Assembly (NCBI GenBank): GCA_051546255.1
Contig: CP128818.1
Span: 496,001 to 560,000 of the forward strand
DNA length: 64,000 bases
DNA from: Meyerozyma guilliermondii
Lineage: Eukaryota
Direction: 5' to 3'
The notes beneath the pieces were generated by a model. It made no database searches, had not been told where the DNA came from, and was given only the letters and a program-made list of their open reading frames with translations. Made by a program: the position numbers and the translations under genes. Below are positions 1 through 10,481 of the stretch, piece by piece; the stretch's first letter is position 1, and each line of letters opens with the position of its first letter.

Positions 1-2
1 AC

Positions 3-320
3 CAGATTCCTTGGGATTATATTCGTTACATCATTGGCACCATTGTGTATGGAGGGCTCGTTGTATCAAGTACAGAGCGCAACTACATTACAGAATTGGC
101 GAGATGTGTCTTCTGTATAGAAGCACTAGAGGAGAATTACAGTTTGATCAAAGGAGAATTGTCACTTCCGGAACCAGATTTTGAATCTACTTCTCAATGG
201 CTCAATGCTATTCCAGAGCAAACTCCTCTAGCATGGATTGGTTTACCTGACGAAATAGGATTGAAGGTTAGAGAGGCAGAGGTGAAATTTATAGCTGAAA
301 CTTGTGTTCAGTTCAAATAG
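3..320 (+). CDS. DYN1: Cytoplasmic dynein heavy chain, C-terminal end (5' partial)
   Basis: Frame is open from the window edge. YIIGTIVYGG...LARCVF...WIGLP resembles the yeast Dyn1 C-terminus (HIATIVYGG...LCAHVF...WLQLP). Confidence 0.75.
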   Translation, partial: QIPWDYIRYIIGTIVYGGLVVSSTERNYITELARCVFCIEALEENYSLIKGELSLPEPDFESTSQWLNAIPEQTPLAWIGLPDEIGLKVREAEVKFIAETCVQFK

Positions 321-425
321 TACACAATATAACCTGCAATGCTTGCTAATTTCATTATGTATACAAAATTAGTACCAACTTTTTTAATGTTGACTACATA
401 ATATCACACCAAATCACCTTGATGC

Positions 426-1119
426 TTACTCCTCATCCTCTTCCAAGGTCTGAGCAGCGATACGGTCCAAATCTCTTTGACCGTTCTCGGAGATTCTTCT
501 ACCACCCTTTGGCGAGATCTCAACAACACCAATCTTCTCCAAGGATTGCAACACCTTTCTGTTGATGGAACCAGAAGCATCAACGTGCTTGTGTGGTCTG
601 AAACCTCTGTTCTTAGCACCACCGTATAACTTGTTCAACTTACCAACACCAACTTGCTTTCTCAAGTAGATGTGTCTGGCAACGGAAGCGGCTCTCTTGT
701 AGTACCAAGTCTCGGCCTCTTGAGGTGGCAATTCGTTACCGGCGGAGGTCTTGACAATGTCAACGTAACCTGGAACCTCCAACTTACCTTGACGCTGCAA
801 GAATTGGGCGTAAGCGTTAATAAAGTCCTGAGCTTCAACGTCTCTGAATGTTAGTAATGATTCCAATAATAAGAGCTGTGAATGCCAAACTTGGAGAATA
901 TAGCCCATAAATGCCCCAGACTCCATGAATGTCATTGGGATCACCATTTCCTAACCATAGACATGGATTTGCATGGATTGATAATTTTTCAAGGTTGATG
1001 TAAAGTGCCTTTTAGTCTACTTTGAGGCTCGGGTATGTCTCTAGTTTTGTCTTGTTCACATATTATAGCTCCAAATGTTTGTCTCCGTGCTTTACTTACC
1101 TAACGGAATGACCAGCCAT
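426..1119 (-). CDS. RPS19: 40S ribosomal protein eS19; exons 1119-1100 and 843-426
   Basis: Spliced product MAGHSVRDVEAQDFINAYAQFLQRQGKLEVPGYVDIVKTS. Intron 1099-844 has GTAAGT...TACTAAC-ATTCAG. Confidence 0.97.
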
Positions 1120-1239
1120 GATGTCTTATTATTTCACGATGTTCTCAGTCAAACGAGTGGTGAATTTTTTTCGCTGCTTGGGACTGCGTGCAGGAAGCGG
1201 TGTGCAGTTTCAAAATTACCCTCGTGAGCGATCGCAGTC

Positions 1240-1258
1240 ACACGCACGTGATGCGTGT
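1240..1258. promoter_or_regulatory. Cbf1 site (CACGTGA, 1245-1251) inside an inverted repeat, upstream of RPS19
   Basis: ACACGCA-CGTGA-TGCGTGT about 125 nt upstream of the RPS19 ATG. Cbf1 sites are typical of CTG-clade ribosomal protein promoters. Confidence 0.6.
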
Positions 1259-1273
1259 CAAGTATGGAGACTA

Positions 1274-2680
1274 CTAGTCCCATATGCTACTTCTCTTCCG
1301 CTGGGGGAGACAGTACTGCTGAAAATCAAGTAAGGTGAGCTGCAGAGTCCAGAACCGGTTTTCAGCTTCCGTTTCGTCTCTTTGCTCTAGTTGGTGTATG
1401 GATGCAATGTTCAGGTATACCACGGCGTAAGATTCTGGTCGTCTGTATCGGGGTGAATTGAAGCTATAACGGGTCCGTATTGTAGCATTTGAATGGTTTT
1501 CGGGTATTTTCAAGTGCTGGCGTATCAAAGTGTCGTCGGCAACAGACCAACATTTTTCCAATTGAAGAAAGTCAATTTCGCAGCCATTTAATTCACGAAT
1601 ACGAGCAATTGTGTTCACAGCAGCGTCTAGTGCTTGGAGATGGGACTCGTCTATGACTTCGCCATACTTCCATTGGAACTCCTTGACGTTGAAAAGTTGG
1701 AAAATTTGAGCCAATGTGTGAAAATTTAAAAGGTGCCAGGAATGAAATGCAAATGATGGGTCAATAAGTGTGAAACAAAAATTTGGTTTTGGCGAGTTTT
1801 TAGTGCAGAATCGCGTCGGATTTGGGACTTGGAGCTGTACCAATATACTAATGTCAACGCTGAGCGAAGTTATTTCTGAGGAAAGTAGCGAATTTAAAAG
1901 CTTTTCAGAAGCCTTCAGGTGGCTGCTGCAGGGCCAATTTCTATCGTCTTCCTGAAAAGATCGTCGGGCGACGTGCAAGCCTACCCTTTGTATTTGCGAC
2001 GAGGATACCACCAGAACAATGAGATCCAAAGTGGTATCGTAAGTAATATGGGCTGCTCTTCCAAAGTACAAGTTTAGCTCTTTCAAATTATGGTCTTCAA
2101 AAACCTCTTTTAGCGGTGAAAGTCCACTGGAATCAATATCATGGAAGGCACACAACATATGGAGCGAATTGAGTCTGTTTACAACTTTTAAAAGACCAGA
2201 ACACTTGAGAAGAGTGCCTGCGGAGATCGTCAATGAGCGTAAAGAATGTGCAATATTTGAGTCACCAGAACAATTTGCGAGCACAATTAACCTCTCTAGT
2301 GATGGAAACAGCGGAATTATATCCATGGTGTTGGTTTCTAGCGTTGTCACAAAGTTATGAATGGTCTTAAAATGCAAAATTTCATCACTCAAATTTAGTT
2401 TTTGTTCCACTTTTGGAAGCTGGAGAAGAGACTCTATTTGCGTTTTCCGTACTACACTAATCATTTGGAACACATATGGACCAAGAAACAGCCGAATATA
2501 TCGGCATGTGGCCGAAAGATTGACGACATCATGATAGTTTTTGCAACTGGTTCGCTTGGACGGGCTGGTGTATGGGTCCTCCCGCTTATCAAGATGGATC
2601 AGAAAGACACACAAGTAGTTTAGAATGGAATGCAATACCTCTGCAGGGTACAGGAGGTATCCAGCCGGTAACAGCAGCAT
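1274..2680 (-). CDS. Uncharacterised protein with an N-terminal F-box-like motif and LRR-like body
   Basis: First ATG at 2680, 468 codons. YPAEVLHSILNYL...NLSATCRYIR resembles a split F-box, followed by LxxLxL repeats. Confidence 0.6.
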   Translation of the reverse strand: MLLLPAGYLLYPAEVLHSILNYLCVFLIHLDKREDPYTSPSKRTSCKNYHDVVNLSATCRYIRLFLGPYVFQMISVVRKTQIESLLQLPKVEQKLNLSDEILHFKTIHNFVTTLETNTMDIIPLFPSLERLIVLANCSGDSNIAHSLRSLTISAGTLLKCSGLLKVVNRLNSLHMLCAFHDIDSSGLSPLKEVFEDHNLKELNLYFGRAAHITYDTTLDLIVLVVSSSQIQRVGLHVARRSFQEDDRNWPCSSHLKASEKLLNSLLSSEITSLSVDISILVQLQVPNPTRFCTKNSPKPNFCFTLIDPSFAFHSWHLLNFHTLAQIFQLFNVKEFQWKYGEVIDESHLQALDAAVNTIARIRELNGCEIDFLQLEKCWSVADDTLIRQHLKIPENHSNATIRTRYSFNSPRYRRPESYAVVYLNIASIHQLEQRDETEAENRFWTLQLTLLDFQQYCLPQRKRSSIWD

Positions 2681-2779
2681 CAATTGAGTTTGTTTGGCAA
2701 AAAAATTCGCCAAATTTCTCGGCTACACCAATGGTAAATTGTACACGACTGATATATTAGAAAGCTACACAGTTCTAGT

Positions 2780-3522
2780 TTAAACCTTGAAACCCTTCGA
2801 TCTTCTTCTACCTCTGGCGGACTCCGCTCTCAATTCCTTGGACTTGATTCTTGGAGCCTTACCGGAGTGAGGACCGAAACCAAAGTGCTTGACAGCCTCT
2901 CTGGAGTTTCTTGGGCCTCTGACAATGATGGTGTTTTGACCCTTAGGGGCTCTCATGGCCAACTGGTCCAAGGTGATGGCTTCACCTCCGTTCTTAACGA
3001 TCTTAGCTCTGGCAGAGCTGGTGAATCTCAAGGCAGCAATGGTGGCCTTGGGGAAGTCCAACAATCTGATGTCATCGGTAACGGTACCAACAACAACCAT
3101 GGTCTTGTCAGCAGCACCCTTTTGGCTCAACACACGGCCGACTCTGTTAAGAGAAACTGGAGGTCTGTTGATCTTGGACAAGAACAAAGACTTCAAGATG
3201 ACCTTGTTGAATGGAGCATCGGTACGACCTATGGTTAGTATTCTGCTCAAAGTCGCACATAAATGTACTCGCAGAAGCCACAGGTTACGCTGTCGCAGTG
3301 CCGTAGCACCGTAGCAGCTCTGATGGCTGTCTTTACACTTGAAAGTGTGTTTTGGTGGGAATTTTTTTGAAAGTGAAAAAATCACATAATTGCCGAAACT
3401 GAATACTTACGAGCTAAGAAGGAGTATAACTTGACCAACAACTTCAAGTAGACATTGTCTGACTTGGGGGCAGTTCTGTGGCCGGATCTAGCGTGTTGCT
3501 TGGTGGTGTGGTCTTTACCCAT
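2780..3522 (-). CDS. RPL18: 60S ribosomal protein eL18; exons 3522-3411 and 3228-2780
   Basis: Spliced product [46 protein letters not shown]. Intron 3410-3229 has GTAAGT...TACTAAC-CATAG. Confidence 0.97.
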
Positions 3523-3548
3523 GGTGATGAAGAATGGAAAAAGTTTGG

Positions 3549-3584
3549 TGAAAAATTTGAGGATGCGCGCGAGGGCGCAGCCCT
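3549..3584. promoter_or_regulatory. RRPE (TGAAAAATTT) and Tbf1/IFHL-like palindrome AGGGC-GCA-GCCCT in the RPL18/DSC2 divergent promoter
   Basis: Motifs at 3549-3558 and 3572-3584. The second resembles the Candida RP element AGGGCTATAGCCCT. Confidence 0.55.
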
Positions 3585-3687
3585 GGGCTGGTGTGCAGGT
3601 GAAGGACGAGCCGTGTGCAGGAAATGAAAGGGTAGTATATGCAGGTAGGTAGAGGTGTATATGCAGTGTGCTCGCGTCTTTATCTTC

Positions 3688-4788
3688 ATGGCTCAGATCA
3701 CTCCCATTCGTGGGTTTTCCAATACCCCCGTTTCCCGGTCGGTCTGTGTTTTAACAACGGTCATCTCTATTGCTGTGGCTGTTCTCCAGTACAAACACTA
3801 TTTTATATTGGCCATCGATCCGTTTATTGTGGAATATGGTCAATACTGGCGAGTGGCTACGTACCAGTTTTCTGTTATAAATGAAAGCGATTTTTTGTTA
3901 ACGGTGTTATTGTGGTTTCAATTCAAAACATTGGAGCGGTTTTTTGGCTCGCGAAAGTATCTTTCTGTGATCAGTTTGTTTTTGTTGTACAATGGAGTTC
4001 TTTGCTTTGTGGTCATGAGTTTGGGGCAGTTATTGGTGAATTTTATGATGTATTTCGTATCCAAGTTGAACTTGCCCTTGATATCGCTGGCTTTGTCTGC
4101 AAAATATCAAGTGACTTTTCTCAATCGTGCCATTCCTGGTCCTTTGGGGGTGATATCTTCGTTGTACATTTGCTACGGCAAGTATATTCCTGTGAGGTAC
4201 TACTTTAAAATCCAGCTTTCCGCTGAAAATAGGGAAGTTGAGAGTGAAAATAGTGACCACCAAGAAAATGGAGTTACATTGCTGGCAGCGGAAGCAGCAG
4301 CTGCGGCAGCGGCTTCTCGTCATGACAATGGTGCTTCTTCTGCTCTTTCTAATCCTTCCCCGGTTTCGTCCGTCTCCCCAGAACCCACCCCTTCTGCTCC
4401 TGGCCTTTTTTCGGAGCTCAATCTCACCAACCACTTTCAAATCCATGCTATCTACACCCTTCTTCTCATCAACAACGGCATACATTCCATAATTCCTTGT
4501 GTGGTGGGAATTATCGTGGGAAAGCTTTTCATATCAGACCTACTTGTTGGGTCGAACCGATGGTCCATTCCACTTCCCATTTACTACCTTATATCATCTC
4601 CTTCAAAAGCTTGGTCCAGATACACAGGACTCCTTCAACTGCGCTTGGGCGGGTACCATCCAGTTAGAACGGAGGAGGAACCCGAAGAGGTCAATGACGA
4701 CGTACGAAGCACCGAGGGTGCGGGAATTAGAGCGGAGACACCTGTGCGTCCTTTGGGTAGTCAGTTCTTGGATACATTCAGAACGTGA
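3688..4788 (+). CDS. DSC2: Dsc E3 ligase subunit Dsc2 (rhomboid-like pseudoprotease, UBAC2 family)
   Basis: [28 protein letters not shown] and GPLG motifs, with multiple TM segments. First ATG at 3688. Confidence 0.8.
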   Translation: MAQITPIRGFSNTPVSRSVCVLTTVISIAVAVLQYKHYFILAIDPFIVEYGQYWRVATYQFSVINESDFLLTVLLWFQFKTLERFFGSRKYLSVISLFLLYNGVLCFVVMSLGQLLVNFMMYFVSKLNLPLISLALSAKYQVTFLNRAIPGPLGVISSLYICYGKYIPVRYYFKIQLSAENREVESENSDHQENGVTLLAAEAAAAAAASRHDNGASSALSNPSPVSSVSPEPTPSAPGLFSELNLTNHFQIHAIYTLLLINNGIHSIIPCVVGIIVGKLFISDLLVGSNRWSIPLPIYYLISSPSKAWSRYTGLLQLRLGGYHPVRTEEEPEEVNDDVRSTEGAGIRAETPVRPLGSQFLDTFRT

Positions 4789-4937
4789 AAAGATTGAAAG
4801 TCGACATTATTACGTGCATTTGTCATTATATACCATTCAGCTACAAGTTTCGATGTCTACTGACACAAATTACAGCTCAGGGTTTGTGCTCAATTACTCA
4901 TAGAGTCCTTTCTCTTCTATACCATGCTCGCTATTAC

Positions 4938-5543
4938 CTACTTTGCTTCACTCTTTTCCCTTTTTCGTCTCTCCACATCCCAATTGAATAATCTGGCGGT
5001 ATTCACCTCCATGGTGGTTATATTTTCTTTCAAAAACTCAAGGTCTTCTTCTACTGCTTTCAACAGTTGTTGGTTGTTGGAAAGTCTGTCGTTGAGCAAA
5101 CTCACTGCTTCATCTAGTGGGTACTCAAGCATCACATCGGCTCCAAGCCATAAGAACACAGAGTCTGTCTTTTGAATATCTATCTCAGCTCGTGTATAAA
5201 GGGTATCATTGAGCTCATAATTGACTTCCATACTTGCATTTTCATCAGCCTTTTGTTGCTTAATATTTTCAATGACATCCAAGTTTTTCTCGATATCCGG
5301 AATCTTCACCTTGAGGTCTGCCAATTGCTGGCGCTTGGACTGCTCCATAAACTTGTATTGCTGCAATCGATCCAGAAACATTCTCATGACACTTTGAAAG
5401 TCATCTCCAGCTTTGACTACGTCTTCCACCTTTGTTATAAAAGGGGCTTCAGGGATGCCACGAGCATTTGTCTTTGTTGGTCTTGGTTAGTTCTGCCAGC
5501 TAGACGCAATTGAAGTGAACACTTACTTTAAAAAATCAGCCAT
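4938..5543 (-). CDS. PAC10: Prefoldin subunit 3; exons 5543-5527 and 5481-4938
   Basis: Spliced MADFLKPTKTNARGIPEAPF...YELNDTLY...LWLGADVMLEYP...TTMEVNTARLFNWDV. The 45-nt intron has GTAAGT...AACTAAC-CAAG. Confidence 0.93.
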
Positions 5544-5662
5544 TGCTGCTGCTATCGATGGAGATTTGGCTGAGAGATTTGGTTGAGGAAGTGAAAAAAG
5601 TCCAGACACCCACAGTAAACTATGAAATGCAACCATGTTAAAGAATGTAGACTATAACCTAA

Positions 5663-6667
<1,005 letters not shown>

Positions 6668-6853
6668 TTAGATCAATGGATTTAATTTGCAAACCGCTGC
6701 TCTTTTATACTGTGCCCGTCCCATTGAAATACCCGCATGCCCCAGCGCTTTAAGTGCATCCCTATTAAGTTTTTTCGCAACCGTATTTTTATGCGCTTAG
6801 AACGTTAGCCGCACAGGCCCGGGTGCCCAACATGGTGCAGAGACGTCCGAGTT

Positions 6854-8164
6854 TTATACTTGTTTGCTCTTGTCGTTGAACCGGCTGAAATATCTGTCTC
6901 TGAAATGCACATTCTCCTTGAGTCCATTGATGGTTTTTCCCTCGTAACTTTCATTCATTTTCACGTAAACCAAAAGACGCCGCGACCATTTGTTAAATTC
7001 TTGTTCCAAATTGTACAAGAGCTGTAAGCTTTGATGCTGCGGAACATGATGTGGTTGAAACTCATCGTTGGCTGTAGGCATCCAGAACGCAAGTCTTCCT
7101 CCAACCGGTAGACGTCGGGCTGCAAAATCCAACAAATCTCCAAGTAGATCTGAAAGCTCATACGGTTTCTTTGGAGGTATAAAGTCACGCCGTAAATGAG
7201 CCTTTTCTCCGTCAATTATAACATCTTCTCTTCCTGCCGCCTTGGCAGGATCACGAGCTCCACATACTCGTAATCCTTCTCTCACTCCATAAGGCGGATC
7301 ACATACAATTGTGTCAATAGGAAAGTCATGACGAAGGGCATTGTTCGTGAAATCCATGGTCATTGTGTCCAAGAAATGGAGAGACGTGCCGTACTGTTTG
7401 AAGTTGGAAGCAATATCTTTATCTCCTTTTCCTTTGAGCATTCTGACGTCAATATCAGAGCCTATAGTAAGTCCTCCAAAGTTAGCGGCTGTAACCATAA
7501 ATGAGCCAGTACCAGCAAATGGATCATACACGATTTTATCGTGGTTAACCTGGGCAATGTTGCAACTAGCAAGAGACAACTCGGCATCGAAAGATGTGGT
7601 GCCAATATACTTTCGACGACGCAAATCATACTTATCCAAAACACCATTGGACCGAGCACTGAGTTGTACCTGACGACCAAACCATAATTTCAACGGAGTT
7701 TCAGCCTTTGTTTGGCCATTGGTCCGATACAATTCCAATACAGTGTAAATTTCGTCCGGGTTTTTCAACTTGACTTTTCCTTGAAATCCCAAGTATGCAA
7801 AAGATTCTATGATAGCATTTTTTTGCTCTCGAGTACGCGTACCCATATAACCTTCAAAGTCAAACCGAAACAGGTTACGTTTTTTTTCTTCGAAGCGATG
7901 CTCTGATATCGACCGAACACTCGTATGAAGTTGTTCTAACGTTTCACCCACTCCCCAAAGCTCGTAGATTCCTCTCGAAAGAACTGCACGATCAAGCAAT
8001 TTTCTGGCATCCTCGTCGTTGCGCAATTGTACTATTAAGAACGGAGTAGAAGGATCATGATGCAGAATATCGAGCGGTATATCATAAAGATGGGCCAAAG
8101 ATTCGAGTTCTGCACGACGAAACTCGGGGTATGCTTGTGCAAAGTATATGAGGTAGTCTATCAT
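6854..8164 (-). CDS. TRM11: tRNA m2G10 methyltransferase
   Basis: EFRRAELESLA, YIGTTSFDAELSL, DPFAGTGS and DPPYGVRE motifs. Confidence 0.95.
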   Translation of the reverse strand: MIDYLIYFAQAYPEFRRAELESLAHLYDIPLDILHHDPSTPFLIVQLRNDEDARKLLDRAVLSRGIYELWGVGETLEQLHTSVRSISEHRFEEKKRNLFRFDFEGYMGTRTREQKNAIIESFAYLGFQGKVKLKNPDEIYTVLELYRTNGQTKAETPLKLWFGRQVQLSARSNGVLDKYDLRRRKYIGTTSFDAELSLASCNIAQVNHDKIVYDPFAGTGSFMVTAANFGGLTIGSDIDVRMLKGKGDKDIASNFKQYGTSLHFLDTMTMDFTNNALRHDFPIDTIVCDPPYGVREGLRVCGARDPAKAAGREDVIIDGEKAHLRRDFIPPKKPYELSDLLGDLLDFAARRLPVGGRLAFWMPTANDEFQPHHVPQHQSLQLLYNLEQEFNKWSRRLLVYVKMNESYEGKTINGLKENVHFRDRYFSRFNDKSKQV

Positions 8165-8249
8165 GAATCAGGGAAACAAGTACTCTGGACGGAAAATGCA
8201 CTTTTCGTCTATTGAGTGAATGATCGTCTGTAAGTGTTGTAGTTTGAGT

Positions 8250-8270
8250 TGAAAAATGTCGCGCGATGAG
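8250..8270. promoter_or_regulatory. RRPE-like and PAC elements of TRM11
   Basis: TGAAAAATGT (8250-8259) and GCGATGAG (8263-8270) about 90 nt upstream of a ribosome-biogenesis-type gene. Confidence 0.65.
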
Positions 8271-8684
8271 CAGCTGCAAAATACAATATTTGAAGCAATA
8301 AAACACGTAAAACACGTTGAAAACGCGAGAAGAGAAGTTTCCTATAATTGTCTAACTTTAAAGCGTCTTTTCGTGCCCTTTTATATTTTTGCTTTCTGGC
8401 TGCCAAAATTATTATATTGTGCAGAAATATGCATAAATGCAAAACGCATCGGGAAATCGAATACACAATAAAATTGAATGACCCTTCTGCATCTATTTAA
8501 GAGCCACAGACCCCAGAAATGACTCTTTTCTCTCTCTATACCTCCCTATACGTATCTCCCTATCCGCCAATCCAACTTATGAAACCCTTGGTATTGTTTA
8601 TATAATTGCTGACAAAGACAGGAACAGATATTTCACCATCGACGTGTGATAAGTATACTCCTACTCTAGGCTTTAGACATTAAA

Positions 8685-10265
8685 ATGTCTGATGACGAAG
8701 CCCTTTTTGACGATATTTAGTAAGTATATGCCGGTGCATCTCTAGATGGATTGCCAATTGGTGTTTGATGACAATACTAACCCAGCGATGATGACGTGAA
8801 GGAAGAAACAAAAACAGAAGAAAAGAAACTGGAAGCTAATGACGACGTGAAAAAACCCGAAACAGAGTCTACGGCTGCCTCCGCGCTGGGAACTCCTGCA
8901 TCTACTGCTGCACCAGCTCCCGTCACAACAGCAGAAACAACTGTACCTTCTACTACTAATGGAGCTTCTGTTCCTCCACCACCTGGCGGGTCAGAATCAC
9001 AGACTTCTGGGTTGGCAAGCAATAATCAAGCACCAGCTCAGGATGCAAACCAAGCAGGCGCACAGGCGCCTGCCCAGGTACCAGTTCAAGGTCAGTATGG
9101 TCAATATGGAAACCAATATGGAAACCAGCAACAATACGACCAGTATGGCAATCAGTACGGCAACCAATATGGCCAGTACGGGCAACAGAACCAAAACCAA
9201 TACGGTCAGTACGGACAACAGGGACAACCCGGAGCGCCTCCAGCTCAAGCAACTAATGCTCTGGGCCCTCCAGGCCCTCCAGGACCTCCTGGAGGATTTG
9301 GCGGACCAGCACCACCATCCAATCTTGGTCGTGACAGCGGAAAGATGTTTATTGGTGGACTCAACTGGGATACCACGGAACAAGGATTAGTGGAGTATTT
9401 TTCCAAATTTGGAGAGGTCGTTGACCATACTATTATGAGAGATAGTGCTACCGGAAAATCTCGTGGATTTGGATTTCTTACTTTCAAGGATACCAAATCT
9501 GTGGATGCGGTGATCCAGGGAGACCATGTTTTGGACGGCAAGTTGATCGATCCCAAGCGTGCCATTGCTCGTGAAGAACAGGACAAGGTAGGTAAAATAT
9601 TCGTAGGAGGTATTGATCCCATGGTAAACGAAAAGGAGTTCCATGACTTCTTTTCTCAATTCGGTAGCATTATCGATGCTCAGTTGATGATTGACAAGGA
9701 TACGGGACGGTCTCGTGGATTTGGATTTATTACTTTCGATTCGCCAGAAGCTGTTGATAGGGTAACTGTAAACAAGTTTTTAACTCTTAAAGGCAAATCT
9801 ATGGAAGTCAAACGTGCAGAGCCTAGGGGTGCTCACCATGGTGGTCTGCAACAACAAGGTTATGGTTATAATCCTTACAATCAATATGGTGGAGGTGCCG
9901 GTGGTGGAGCTGCTCCATATGGTCAATACAACCAAGGAGTCAATGGAATGAATGCCGATATGATGCAATACTGGCAACAAATGCAACAGTGGTATATGTA
10001 TCAGCAGCAGCAACAACAACTGCTGCAGCAAGATTATCAAGAGAATCCTGACCAGCAGCCTTTGAATCCTCAACAGCAGGGTGAAAATGAGTCTGCTCCA
10101 ACTCGGTCAGAGAGCAACTCTACACCTCCAGATGTGCAAAAGAGATTACCTAGAGGACCTCGTAGGGCCCCTCCTTCTGGACCGTCTGGGGGACATCGTG
10201 GAAGAGGTGGATACAGAGGCCGTGATCGTGGGTACCACCCATATAGTCGTGGAGGAAGAAGGTGA
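8685..10265 (+). CDS. HRP1: CF IB / hnRNP protein Hrp1 (two RRMs); exons 8685-8719 and 8786-10265
   Basis: Spliced MSDDEALFDDIYDDD. KMFIGGLNWDTTE and two SRGFGF RNP1 motifs, C-terminal RGG and PY-NLS (RGYHPY). Intron 8720-8785 has GTAAGT...TACTAAC-CCAG. Confidence 0.93.
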
Positions 10266-10481
10266 AAAAAAAGAAGCCCAAGCGTTGAATCATCTAAGCC
10301 GTCTAAATGTATTGTAATCGTTTGAATGAATCTTTAGTTCTTGATTGTAGTGAGTGGTTTATTAACTTATTCTACTAAGATTTGAGAACAAACAGAAAAT
10401 GCTACGAATTATCAGCAGTCCTTTCTCATACTTTCTGCTACCTTTTCTCTTAACTTTTCTTCTCCTACTTTTTCTCTCTTT

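Noticed and set aside
844..1099. Intronic snoRNA in RPS19
   Set aside because: No paired box C and box D with a terminal stem was found on the transcribed strand.
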